The notes beneath the pieces are model-generated. The model was not told the DNA's origin, did not search any database, and saw only the letters and a list, made by a program, of their open reading frames with translations. 64,000 nt of DNA from an uncultured Eubacteriales bacterium (GTDB lineage: Bacteria > Bacillota > Clostridia > Christensenellales > CAG-138), in NCBI GenBank assembly GCA_900545265.1, contig UQYI01000003.1, positions 8,932-72,931 of the forward strand. The letters are read 5' to 3'. Positions 10,101-18,679 of the stretch are shown piece after piece. The stretch's first letter is position 1. Each line of letters opens with the position of its first letter. The translations under genes and the position numbers were made by a program.

Positions 10101-11171
10101 TTATGCGTCCTCTCCTGACCGGCCGGCTTCTTCCGGTGCTCCGGACAGATCCTTTTCTTCCGGTACTTCGGGGTGTACCGTCTCTGTCGCTTCCGCAGGA
10201 GCCTGCTCCTCTGCCGCCTGCTCCTTTTCCTTGGGCAGCACTACCCGCAGATCCTCTGCCGGAGGATTCATGGCCAGGTTAAAGGCTGCCAGTGCCACCT
10301 CCGCCATATCCTCTGTAGGTTCGGCAGTGGTGATCCGCTGAAGGGCCAGTCCAGGAGCCCGGACGATTCGAGCCAGCAGGCAATCAGACTTGGCTGCGGC
10401 CTTGAGCACCTCGTAAGCCAGCCCCGCCACTACGGGAATAAACAGGATCCGGGTGATGAGCCTGGGCAGGAGCGCCTTCACCGGGATGCAGGCAAAGAAC
10501 AGTATGGATACCATCATCACCAGAAACAGATAATTGGTACCGCAGCGGGCGTGAAACCGGGTGTAATGAAGGATGTTCGCAGGCGTCATCTCTCCTTCCG
10601 CTTCATAACAGGCGATGGTCTTGTGTTCCGCTCCATGATACATGAACACCCGTTTGATATCTTTGATCCGGGAAACGGCCAGCAGATACCCGATAAAAAT
10701 CACCAGCCGGCACACTCCCTCCAGCAGGCTGACTGTAAAGCCGCTCTGCAGATGCAGCAAGCTTACCAGCAGGGAAGGCAGCAGCACAAACAGCCCCAGC
10801 GCCAATCCCACGGCCAGCACTATGGCCACTCCCATTGCTACATCCATAATATCCTTATGGAAGGTCTTGGAAAGCCATTTTTCAAACTTGCCCGGTTCCT
10901 CTTCATATTCTTCCCCCAACAGCTCCGCACTGCGGGTAGTGATCTTCATGCCCCCTATCAGTGAATCCACAAAGGCATAGACCCCCCGCACCACCGGCCA
11001 AGTGGGGAAGGAACCAGGCTTATGTTTATTTGTAGTATGATAAAATTCCTTGACGATGGAACCATCGCTCTGCCTGACAGCCAAAGCCGTGCCCTCAGGA
11101 GATTTCATCATCACGCCCTCCATAACGGCCTGACCCCCAACGGTGCTCCTGCGTATGGGATGTTTTTCCAT
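10101..11171 (-). CDS. DUF1385-family membrane protein
   Basis: Start chosen at MEKHPIRRSTVGGQAVMEGVMMKSPEG... (GGAAAGGA SD); the ORF track begins at 11276. The protein has TM helices, the motif MYHGAEHKTIACYE, and an acidic/Pro-rich C-terminal tail. This is the usual partner upstream of prmC. Confidence 0.75.
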   Translation of the reverse strand: MEKHPIRRSTVGGQAVMEGVMMKSPEGTALAVRQSDGSIVKEFYHTTNKHKPGSFPTWPVVRGVYAFVDSLIGGMKITTRSAELLGEEYEEEPGKFEKWLSKTFHKDIMDVAMGVAIVLAVGLALGLFVLLPSLLVSLLHLQSGFTVSLLEGVCRLVIFIGYLLAVSRIKDIKRVFMYHGAEHKTIACYEAEGEMTPANILHYTRFHARCGTNYLFLVMMVSILFFACIPVKALLPRLITRILFIPVVAGLAYEVLKAAAKSDCLLARIVRAPGLALQRITTAEPTEDMAEVALAAFNLAMNPPAEDLRVVLPKEKEQAAEEQAPAEATETVHPEVPEEKDLSGAPEEAGRSGEDA

Positions 11172-11307
11172 AGTAATCCTTTCCGGGCGGAGCTCATGGC
11201 CCCATACCCCATGATGTTTCTCCTGTATCATACCACACCGCTCTCCCCGGGAAAACCCCTGTAAATGCAAACACATTGAGAAAACTGTAAAAAACGGCTT
11301 TTCTGGC

Positions 11308-11337
11308 AGAAAAAATGCCCGGAGAGCCTTTCCGGGC
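11308..11337 (-). terminator. Intrinsic terminator after scpB
   Basis: Minus strand: GCCCGGA-AAGGCUC-UCCGGGC followed by AUUUUUUC. Confidence 0.65.
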
Positions 11338-11339
11338 GA

Positions 11340-11873
11340 TTATACGTTGTCTATTTCCTCCGGAACGGGCATCTCCGGCAGGGCGGGCAGTTCCTCCAGA
11401 GAATGGAGCCGGAACTTGTGCAGAAAGGCATCGGTCGTTACAAAAAGCAGAGGCCGGCCGGGCACATCCTTGCGGCCGGAAACGGAAATGAGCCCCAGCT
11501 TTTGCAGCTGGGTTACGGCATATTCGCACCGCACCCCCCGTATCTCCTCTATCTCCCCCCGTGTCACGGGCTGTTTATAGGCCACTACAGCCAAAGTTTC
11601 CAGCATGGAGGCGGAGACGGAACGTTTTTGTATGGGCGCAAGGACTTTTTCCACCGCTTCCCCATTTTCCGGAGCGGAAGTCAGCTGCGCGGTTTTGTCT
11701 GTATACAGCAGCCGCAGCCCCCTGCCCTCCCGCAGATAGCTTTCTTCCAACCGTGCAAGGGCTTTGCCCAGAGTATCCGGATCCGTTTCCAGCCCGGCAC
11801 ACAGGGCCGTCAGCGCCACCGGTTCTCCCGCCACAAAAAGGATGGACTCCAGCCTGCTTTCCAATTCCGTCAT
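11340..11873 (-). CDS. scpB: Segregation and condensation protein B
   Basis: 177-aa ORF MTELESRLESILFVAGEPVALTAL...LETLAVVAYKQPVTRGEIEEIRGV..., the ScpB signature. It follows scpA. Confidence 0.9.
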   Translation of the reverse strand: MTELESRLESILFVAGEPVALTALCAGLETDPDTLGKALARLEESYLREGRGLRLLYTDKTAQLTSAPENGEAVEKVLAPIQKRSVSASMLETLAVVAYKQPVTRGEIEEIRGVRCEYAVTQLQKLGLISVSGRKDVPGRPLLFVTTDAFLHKFRLHSLEELPALPEMPVPEEIDNV

Positions 11874-11876
11874 AGA

Positions 11877-12632
11877 TCAGTTTTCCTCGTCCATATAACT
11901 GCCCTCTTCTTCCTCCCGCAGAGTCAATGCCTTCAGTCGGATAGGGGCGAAAGTATCTTTCTGCATTACATGCACCTCTCCCCGGGCCATGAGCTCCAGC
12001 ACCGCCATAAAGGTGACCACCAGCTCCATGCGGGTAGGGCTGCCCGAAAACAGTTCGTAAAAATTCAAGGAAGCTTTTTCCCGAAGGCGGCGGCGAATCA
12101 TCCCTGAACGCTCCCGAACGGTATATACGTCCTGCCGCACCCGGTGAAGCAGCGCCTCTTTTTCTTCGGGCTCCCGGCTAAGCGCCGACAAAAAGGCCAG
12201 CAGCAGGGTATCGGCCTCCACATCCGGTAGGTCTGCCTCCACCGGTGGAGCGGGCAGATCCTCTGGCAATCTGGCAAAAGCTTCCCGACCCCGCTCAAAA
12301 AGACGGCCCAGATCCTCCCCGGCCGTTTTGAATACCTGATACTCCTTCAACCGGCGGATAAAGGCCTGCTCCGGATCTTCCTCTTCTTCCTGCAAGGGGG
12401 GCGGAGCAGGAAGCAGCCGGCGGGATTTGATATACAGCAGCTGGGCCGCCACCAGCAGAAAGTCACTGGCTCCGTCCATCTGCTCCTTGTCCATGTCTCC
12501 CACCGCCTGCAGATACTGGGCGGTGATCTCGGATACGAATATATCCTCGATCCGCAGCTGTGCCTTCTGGATCAGCTGTAAAAGCAGATCCAGGGGGCCG
12601 TCAAACTGTCCGGTGTGTACCTGATACTCCAT
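11877..12632 (-). CDS. scpA: Segregation and condensation protein A
   Basis: Start set at MEYQVHTGQFDGPLDLLLQLIQKAQLRIEDIFVSEITAQYL. This ATG overlaps the TGA of the upstream gene by 1 nt; the ORF track extends to 12788. Confidence 0.85.
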   Translation of the reverse strand: MEYQVHTGQFDGPLDLLLQLIQKAQLRIEDIFVSEITAQYLQAVGDMDKEQMDGASDFLLVAAQLLYIKSRRLLPAPPPLQEEEEDPEQAFIRRLKEYQVFKTAGEDLGRLFERGREAFARLPEDLPAPPVEADLPDVEADTLLLAFLSALSREPEEKEALLHRVRQDVYTVRERSGMIRRRLREKASLNFYELFSGSPTRMELVVTFMAVLELMARGEVHVMQKDTFAPIRLKALTLREEEEGSYMDEEN

Positions 12633-13288
12633 CAAAGCAGCCTCAGGATCCAGTTGTATACCAGATTCTGCGCCCAGTTCAGAGGATACTGCAATACTCC
12701 CAGCCACAGCAGCGCCACCAGTATATACTTGCCGTAACGATGCATGAAATCCCTTATGTTGTGAGGCAGATGCCGTCCCATAACACATTCCAGCACATGG
12801 CTGCCGTCCAGCGGCGGAATGGGGATCAGGTTAAACACGCACAGGCAGGTGTTCATACTGATAATGTTGAAGAAGATGTTTACAAAGGCTTCGTTGTACA
12901 GCAGCGCATAATTGCTTCTGGCCAGCAGCACAAACAGCCCTGAAAACACCAGCACGATCAAAACGTTCATGGTCACCCCCGCCAGGGAAACGATTATATT
13001 GTCCCGGCGGAAGTTCTTGAAGTTCCGATAATTGACGGGCACAGGCTTGGCCCAGCCAAAGCCCAGCAGCAGCATGCACAGCACACCCAGGGGATCAAAG
13101 TGATCCAGGGGGTTCAATGACAAACGCCCCATGTTTTTGGCCGTGGGATCCCCCAACCGGTAGGCCGCATAGGCATGTCCCCATTCGTGGAAAGTGAGCC
13201 CCAGGAGCACTGCCGGAAGCATGTACAAAAGCTGCAGCGGATTTTGAAAATAATACAGGATTCTGTTCATGGTTTCAGTATACCCCAC
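12632..13288 (-). CDS. Site-2 protease family (M50) zinc metallopeptidase
   Basis: 218-aa polytopic ORF with HEWGH (HExxH) and the second motif FNLIPIPPLDGSHV. An alternative start exists at MNRILYYF (13270). Confidence 0.75.
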   Translation of the reverse strand: MGYTETMNRILYYFQNPLQLLYMLPAVLLGLTFHEWGHAYAAYRLGDPTAKNMGRLSLNPLDHFDPLGVLCMLLLGFGWAKPVPVNYRNFKNFRRDNIIVSLAGVTMNVLIVLVFSGLFVLLARSNYALLYNEAFVNIFFNIISMNTCLCVFNLIPIPPLDGSHVLECVMGRHLPHNIRDFMHRYGKYILVALLWLGVLQYPLNWAQNLVYNWILRLL

Positions 13289-13436
13289 CCGAAGCCAAAG
13301 GGCAAGAAAAATCCCCGCGAATCCCGCTTCTTGCGCATAAGCGGATCCCCTTGCACTGGCAAAACAGGCATTGACGCCGATTCAGGCTGCGGATACCGGG
13401 AAGTTCGAAGGAACGTTAATTCACGGGAAGCGGGGG

Positions 13437-13522
13437 TGGGGCGCACTGCGTGCCTGACGGCACGCCTGCGGGGCATTTGCCCCGCAGAGTTCCGGCGGCA
13501 AAGCCGCCGGAACGTGCGCCCC
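13437..13522 (+). repeat. Intergenic multi-hairpin repeat, copy 1 of 3
   Basis: GGGGCGCAC [GCGTGCC-TGAC-GGCACGC] [CTGCGGGGC-ATTT-GCCCCGCAG] [GTTCCGGCGGC-AAA-GCCGCCGGAAC] GTGCGCCCC. Near-identical copies occur at 46473 and 54186. Confidence 0.9.
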
Positions 13523-13650
13523 GCCCATGTATACGGCTCGGCCCCGTGCCCTAACGTCCCAGCCTCCGCCGCAGGAAAATCTCTTTCCTCCGAAAGAGCA
13601 GCTGCATGTTCCTTCTTGTACGTTTTTCCGCAGACCCGTGTTTTTCCCGT

Positions 13651-14778
13651 TCAGCTGCGTATATACGCTTCCATGCACTGCCGGAGAAGCGCCAGATAAC
13701 TCCTGGATTCCACATCCTTCCCTGGGTACAGATCAATCGTGCAAAGCACCTCCTCCCCCGCCCGGAATGTCACCGTTCCTACAGGGGTATCCGTCCGCAG
13801 GGGTGCCGTCAAAGGTTCCGTCACCTCCAGTGTCTTTTCCAGGGCCTCCTCTCCTTTGGGCCGTAGAAAAGCTACGGTATCGTGGCTCACCAGATCCACC
13901 TGTTTTACACTGCCGCTACGCACCTCCACCCCTTCCGCCAGAGGACTGCCCGCCCGGGCGGCGGTGACCTGCCGATAGTTGGCGAATACATGATCCAGCA
14001 ATTCCCCTGCAATGGCAAAGCGCTTCTGACTGTTAGGGGCCCCCAACACCACGGCTACCGCCAGAGTATCATTCTTTTTGGCAGCAAAGACCCCGCAGTA
14101 TCCATCCTGTGCAGAGGATCCTGTCATCAGGCCAAAGCAGCCGCCGTAACTGCGCAGCATTCGATTGGCATTGACCAATTCCGTCCGCCGTCCCCCCGGA
14201 TGGACGATCTCATCCATATATACGCCTGCCCAGCGGCAAAAAGAGGGGCTCCGGGCCGCCTCCAGCCCCAGCAGCGCCAGCTCTCCGGCGGTAAAGGTCA
14301 TGCCCGCCCCGGTGCAGTCGCTGAATTCCTTTTCTACCCCCAGTTCCCGGCAGGTAACGGAGATGTTCTGACAAAACACGTTCTCCGAACCGAAGGCGTT
14401 TTCTCCCAGCGTACACAAGGCATCTCCGGCAGAAAGCATCACCGCCGCTTTAAGCAGTTCTCCGGCAGCTATCTGCTCCCCTGCTTCCAGAAAAGCCGTA
14501 GGCCCGGATATTCCCGCTGCCCGGCGGCTGACGCTCATCAAAGTGTTTTCCTCAATGACTTCGTTGTCAAAGGCTCTGCACAGGGTCAGTACGGCGGGAA
14601 GCTTGCAAAGCCCTGCCGCTGGCAGAGACACGTCTCCCTTCTGCTCCAGCAAAGGCGTCTGCTGTCCTTCTCCCACCACCAAACAGCTTTTACAATCATA
14701 TCCTTCCGCCAACGCCACCGCAGGAACAACCGCCAGCAGGCAAAGGCAGGCAACAAACAGGCACAAAAAACGGCGCAT
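13651..14778 (-). CDS. Secreted S11 (PBP5/DacB-like) DD-carboxypeptidase homologue with degenerate catalytic motifs
   Basis: 375-aa ORF with a signal peptide (MRRFLCLFVACLCLLAVVPAVALA). It aligns by eye to DacF/DacB throughout, including the C-terminal beta-sandwich domain. However, SxxK reads GLCK, SGN reads SAG and KTG reads MTG. Confidence 0.7.
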   Translation of the reverse strand: MRRFLCLFVACLCLLAVVPAVALAEGYDCKSCLVVGEGQQTPLLEQKGDVSLPAAGLCKLPAVLTLCRAFDNEVIEENTLMSVSRRAAGISGPTAFLEAGEQIAAGELLKAAVMLSAGDALCTLGENAFGSENVFCQNISVTCRELGVEKEFSDCTGAGMTFTAGELALLGLEAARSPSFCRWAGVYMDEIVHPGGRRTELVNANRMLRSYGGCFGLMTGSSAQDGYCGVFAAKKNDTLAVAVVLGAPNSQKRFAIAGELLDHVFANYRQVTAARAGSPLAEGVEVRSGSVKQVDLVSHDTVAFLRPKGEEALEKTLEVTEPLTAPLRTDTPVGTVTFRAGEEVLCTIDLYPGKDVESRSYLALLRQCMEAYIRS

Positions 14779-14833
14779 AGAACCCTCCTTAACAGAGGGT
14801 ATGCGCCGAAAAGATCATCTATACAGGGAACTG

Positions 14834-16003
14834 TCAGCGGAGCATCTCACTCAGGAAGGAGGTACCCGCCGTCCAGGGCGTACCGGTCAGATATTCATAC
14901 ACAGTGGAGGCAATATCGCAAAAGCTCTTTCTTACCCCCAGATCCACCCCCTGCTTCACGGGCTGGCCCAATACCAGCAGAGGGATATATTCCCGGGTAT
15001 GATCCGTGCCTGCGTAGGTGGGGTCACAGCCATGATCTGCCGTAATCATAAGGATATCCTCTGCCCCCATGGCTTCCACAAGTTCCGGCAGCCGGACATC
15101 AAAATATTCCAGAGCCCGGGCGTATCCTTCCACATCCCGCCGATGGCCGTACAGCATGTCCGTATCCACCAGATTTGTAAAGATAAAGGCGCCTTTCCCT
15201 TCTTCTATCAGCCGTCTGGTAGCCTCAATGCCCGTGTGGTTGTTTTTGGTATGATCCACCATGTCAATTCCCCTGTGGCAGAAGATATCCTCGATCTTGC
15301 CCACGGCCACTACCGGCAGCCCCCTGCCGTGGAGTCCATCCAGAATGGTATCCCCAAAGGGCGGGATGGCATAGTCCCGGCGGTTTTCCGTGCGGGTATA
15401 CTGCCCGGAGGTGCCGGTAAAGGGCCGGGCGATGACCCTGCCCACCAGATTGTCTCCCACCAGCATCTCCCGGGCGATCTGACAAATGCGGTACAGCTCC
15501 TCCAGCGGGATAACGCTCTCATGAGCGGCTATCTGAAAGACGCTGTCTGCGGAGGTATAAACGATGGGCTTGCCGGTTTTGACATGCTCATCGCCCAGCC
15601 GCTGGATGATCTCCGTGCCGGAAGCTACACAGTTGCCCAAAGTACCCCGGCCGATCTTCTGTTCAAACGCCTCCATGACCTCTTTTGGGAAGCCATGAGG
15701 ATAAGTCTTAAAAGGATGGGTCTGTACCAGTCCTGCGATCTCCCAGTGCCCGCAGGTAGTGTCCTTGGCATGGGTGGTTTCGGCGCACTTTCCGTAAGCC
15801 CCCTCCACCTGTCCCTCCCAGGGCGTCACCAGGCTGCCCTGAATGTTCCCCAGTCCATACCGGCGCATATTGGGTATGTTCATGGGCCGCCGCTGCCATA
15901 TATGGCCGATGGTATTGCAGCCTTTATCGCCAAATTCCGCCGCATCGGGCATTTCACCGATGCCTGCGCTGTCCAGAACGATCAGAATGACTCTTTTGCT
16001 CAT
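14834..16003 (-). CDS. deoB: Phosphopentomutase
   Basis: 389-aa [38 protein letters not shown]...[10 protein letters not shown]..., the canonical DeoB sequence. Confidence 0.95.
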   Translation of the reverse strand: MSKRVILIVLDSAGIGEMPDAAEFGDKGCNTIGHIWQRRPMNIPNMRRYGLGNIQGSLVTPWEGQVEGAYGKCAETTHAKDTTCGHWEIAGLVQTHPFKTYPHGFPKEVMEAFEQKIGRGTLGNCVASGTEIIQRLGDEHVKTGKPIVYTSADSVFQIAAHESVIPLEELYRICQIAREMLVGDNLVGRVIARPFTGTSGQYTRTENRRDYAIPPFGDTILDGLHGRGLPVVAVGKIEDIFCHRGIDMVDHTKNNHTGIEATRRLIEEGKGAFIFTNLVDTDMLYGHRRDVEGYARALEYFDVRLPELVEAMGAEDILMITADHGCDPTYAGTDHTREYIPLLVLGQPVKQGVDLGVRKSFCDIASTVYEYLTGTPWTAGTSFLSEMLR

Positions 16004-16041
16004 AATGCCGCGCTCCTTTATCTGATATCTTTAGTGGCTCC

Positions 16042-16069
16042 AGTATAGCACGTTTTTCCCCGTAAGCAA
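16042..16069 (-). promoter_or_regulatory. Candidate sigma-A promoter for deoB
   Basis: Minus strand: TTGCTT (16069-16064), 16-nt spacer, TATACT (16047-16042). Confidence 0.45.
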
Positions 16070-16181
16070 AGCCCTCCGTTTTATAGCGACAGCAGCATGG
16101 CGTACAGGCTGTGTCCCCACCGGCCATAAATCTTCTCGGTCAAAAATGCATCCCGTCCGTGTGGGATTCCTGGGGCTCTCT

Positions 16182-17000
16182 TTATGCCTGATTGCCGGCC
16201 TTTGCAAAGGCCTCTATGGTTTCCACAAATTCCCGCGGCAGCAGAGCCGGTATGTTCCATTGGGTAAGCAAAGCACGGCAAGCTCCTTTATCCCGGTCTT
16301 TACAGCAATAGTAAGCCCAGGCAATGCTCCCGGCTATAGCCGCCTGAGTATCGCTGTCCCCGCCCAGCGATACGGCGTTGCGCAGAGCATCCTCATAACT
16401 GTCCGCTTCCAGAAAGGCTTCTATGGCCTGGGGCACCGAGCCCTGACAGCTTACGTCAAAGCCATACCCCAGGCGTATCTGCGCCAAAGACCTGTCCAGC
16501 GGATAAAAATTCTTCCGGATATATGCGGCGATCTCCGCTTTGCTTCTGCCTGTTTTGGCCATATATACCGCTGCCGCTGCGGCTTGTGCCCCTCGGATGC
16601 CTTCCGGATGGTCATGCGTGACCGCCGCTGACAGTTCTGCCAGCGTCAAAGCTTCCCCCAGGCTTTTGGCCCAAAGACCGCAGGGAGATACCCGCATGGC
16701 TGATCCGTTGCCGAAACTGCCGTAAGGAACCGGGCAGGGAGAACAAAGCCAGCCCCAAAAGCGTTCCCCGTACCCGGCATGGGGATACCGGCGCCCCAAA
16801 GCCTGCATCTCCCGTACCAGCAGAAAGTCAATCGGTTCTCCGGTCTCTTTGTTGGCCAGCAAGGCCCGGGCTACAGCTACGGTCATGACCGTATCGTCTG
16901 TAAAGGTGCAGCCGGGGCTCACAAGAGGAAAATCCTTTGTTTTGATACTTTCATGCTCATATCGGGAACCCACTATGTCCCCCATGATGGCGCCGTACAC
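16182..17000 (-). CDS. ADP-ribosylglycohydrolase family protein
   Basis: The family N-terminus (V)YGAIMGDIVGSRYEHESIK...FTDDTVMTVAVARAL and a C-terminal GGDSDTQAAIAGSIAWAYY are both present. Start set at GTG 17000, with GGAGGG SD 6 nt upstream; the ORF track extends to 17126. Confidence 0.8.
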   Translation of the reverse strand: MYGAIMGDIVGSRYEHESIKTKDFPLVSPGCTFTDDTVMTVAVARALLANKETGEPIDFLLVREMQALGRRYPHAGYGERFWGWLCSPCPVPYGSFGNGSAMRVSPCGLWAKSLGEALTLAELSAAVTHDHPEGIRGAQAAAAAVYMAKTGRSKAEIAAYIRKNFYPLDRSLAQIRLGYGFDVSCQGSVPQAIEAFLEADSYEDALRNAVSLGGDSDTQAAIAGSIAWAYYCCKDRDKGACRALLTQWNIPALLPREFVETIEAFAKAGNQA

Positions 17001-17164
17001 GTTTTTCCCTCCGTTTGCTTTTGATTTAAGTATATCCGTCCGGCTGCCAAAGGCAAGCGTTATCTTCTTTCTGCAAAACATCTGTTTTTGCAGAAAGAAA
17101 GGAAACCGATCAAAAGGGCTGTTCAAAAGCCTTTCCGCATGCTATAGTAAGCATGTAAAGAAAA

Positions 17165-17236
17165 GCTCTCATATAGTTTCGCTGAAAACGGTGCGAAAGT
17201 TTCTACAGAGCCGCCGAAAGGCTCTGCTATGAGTGC
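17165..17236 (+). promoter_or_regulatory. Purine riboswitch aptamer, guanine/xanthine class (C discriminator)
   Basis: P1 is CUCAUA (17168-73) paired with UAUGAG (17228-33). J2/3 is GUUUCUAC. P3 is AGAGCC-GCCGAAA-GGCUCU, and J3/1 is GC with C at 17227. The pattern matches the xpt guanine aptamer and lies upstream of a guanine deaminase. Confidence 0.8.
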
Positions 17237-17276
17237 CCGGTATGGATACAGAGTTTCATACGGGCGCTTTTTCTTT
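17235..17276 (+). terminator. Intrinsic terminator forming the riboswitch expression platform
   Basis: GCCCGGUAUG...CAUACGGGC stem (one bulged G) followed by GCUUUUUCUUU, located 28 nt before the guaD start. Confidence 0.65.
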
Positions 17277-17303
17277 CGTAAATGCGTAAAAGGAGGCTGT
17301 ATC

Positions 17304-18560
17304 ATGATCCTGCTCAAAGGCAACATTCTGCACACCCCTGCACCGGGACAGCTGGAAGCCCTCCCCCATGGCGGTCTGCTTCTGGAGGAAGACGGCACCA
17401 TCCGCGCAGTGCTCTCCCATATCCCGGAAGGGTTGGAGGCCCGGGTCATTGACTATGGGGACAGGCTGCTGCTTCAGTCCTTCTGCGATATGCATCTGCA
17501 CGCCCCCCAGTACCCCATGCTGGGCATGGGAACGGATCTGCCCCTGCTTCAATGGCTCCACCGCTATGCTTACCCTACGGAGGCACGTTTTGCGGATACA
17601 GACTACGCCCGGCGGGTCTACCGGCAGCTGGCACAGGTGCTCATTGCCAGCGGCACCACCCGGGTATGCATGTTCTCTTCCCTCCATACCGACGCCACGC
17701 TGATCCTTATGGAAGAGTTGGAAAAGGCCGGAGTCACGGGCTTTGTGGGCAAAGTGAACATGGACAGAAATGGAGATCCCGCCCTGCAGGAGACCACGGA
17801 AGGCTCCAAGCGGGAGACCCTTCGCTGGCTGGAAGCCTGTACCGGATTCCGCTATGTACGGCCCATCCTGACCCCCCGGTTCACCCCTTCCTGCACCGAC
17901 GGGCTCATGGCCTTTTTAGGAGAGCTGGCGCAGGAGCGGGGATTGTATGTGCAATCCCATCTTTCCGAAAATAAAAACGAGGTGGAATGGGTGCGCACTC
18001 TCCACCCGGACTGCTCCCAGTACTGGCAGACCTACGCCAAATTCGGCCTGTGGAAAGAGCATACCCTTATGGCTCACTGCGTCCAGTGCGGAGAAGAAGA
18101 GATCCGTTCCATGGCAGAAAACGGGGTGATAGCCGTGCACTGCCCCGATTCCAACGTGAATATCTGCAGCGGCACAGCCCCCGTTCGCCATCTGCTGGAA
18201 AGCGGTGTATGGGTGACTCTGGGCAGCGATATTGCCGGCGGGGCGCAGCTGCCCATGAACCAGGTCATTACCGCCAGCATACGGGCCAGCAAGGTACGTC
18301 ACATGACGGATCCCGCCGCCCCGCCCTTTCTTACGGCAGCAGAGGGCTACTATCTGGGTGCCGCCTCCGGACACCGTTACTTCGGTGCCGGGCCGGGCTT
18401 TGCCCCGGGGGATAAGCTGCACGCTCTGGTGTTGGATGATTCCGCTTTCCCTGAGCCGGCTTCTCCGCTGTCCCTGCCGGAGCGGCTGGAGCGGGCGCTG
18501 TATCTCATGACTCCCGATTCCATCACCGCACGCTGGTCCGAAGGACGGCTGCTGCCGTAA
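17304..18560 (+). CDS. guaD: Guanine deaminase (amidohydrolase superfamily)
   Basis: Start at MILLKGNILHTP... (AAAGGAGG SD); the ORF track begins at 17229. The metal-binding motif DMHLHAPQYPMLGMG is present, and length and layout fit guanine deaminase. Riboswitch context supports the call. Confidence 0.75.
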   Translation: MILLKGNILHTPAPGQLEALPHGGLLLEEDGTIRAVLSHIPEGLEARVIDYGDRLLLQSFCDMHLHAPQYPMLGMGTDLPLLQWLHRYAYPTEARFADTDYARRVYRQLAQVLIASGTTRVCMFSSLHTDATLILMEELEKAGVTGFVGKVNMDRNGDPALQETTEGSKRETLRWLEACTGFRYVRPILTPRFTPSCTDGLMAFLGELAQERGLYVQSHLSENKNEVEWVRTLHPDCSQYWQTYAKFGLWKEHTLMAHCVQCGEEEIRSMAENGVIAVHCPDSNVNICSGTAPVRHLLESGVWVTLGSDIAGGAQLPMNQVITASIRASKVRHMTDPAAPPFLTAAEGYYLGAASGHRYFGAGPGFAPGDKLHALVLDDSAFPEPASPLSLPERLERALYLMTPDSITARWSEGRLLP

Positions 18561-18590
18561 ACAAAATCAGGTTTCCTTCCCATAGAAATC

Positions 18591-18631
18591 AAAAGCTCTC
18601 CACCGGGTTGCAAGCCGTGCGGAGAGCTTTT
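18591..18631. terminator. Bidirectional terminator between convergent genes
   Basis: AAAAGCUCUCC...GGAGAGCUUUU hairpin flanked by an A-run and a U-run. Confidence 0.65.
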
Positions 18632-18679
18632 ATTCGTTGAGTTTTGGGTTTCAGAGGGCACCCGGGCCCATGTAAAATC

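Noticed and set aside
13437-13522. The cloverleaf-like repeat considered as a tRNA or tRNA-like gene.
   Set aside because: The stem lengths (9/7/9/11 bp) and 3-4-nt loops are incompatible with D, anticodon and T arms. There is no 7-nt anticodon loop, no T-loop GTTCRA and no CCA context. The element is therefore reported as a repeat or structured element instead.
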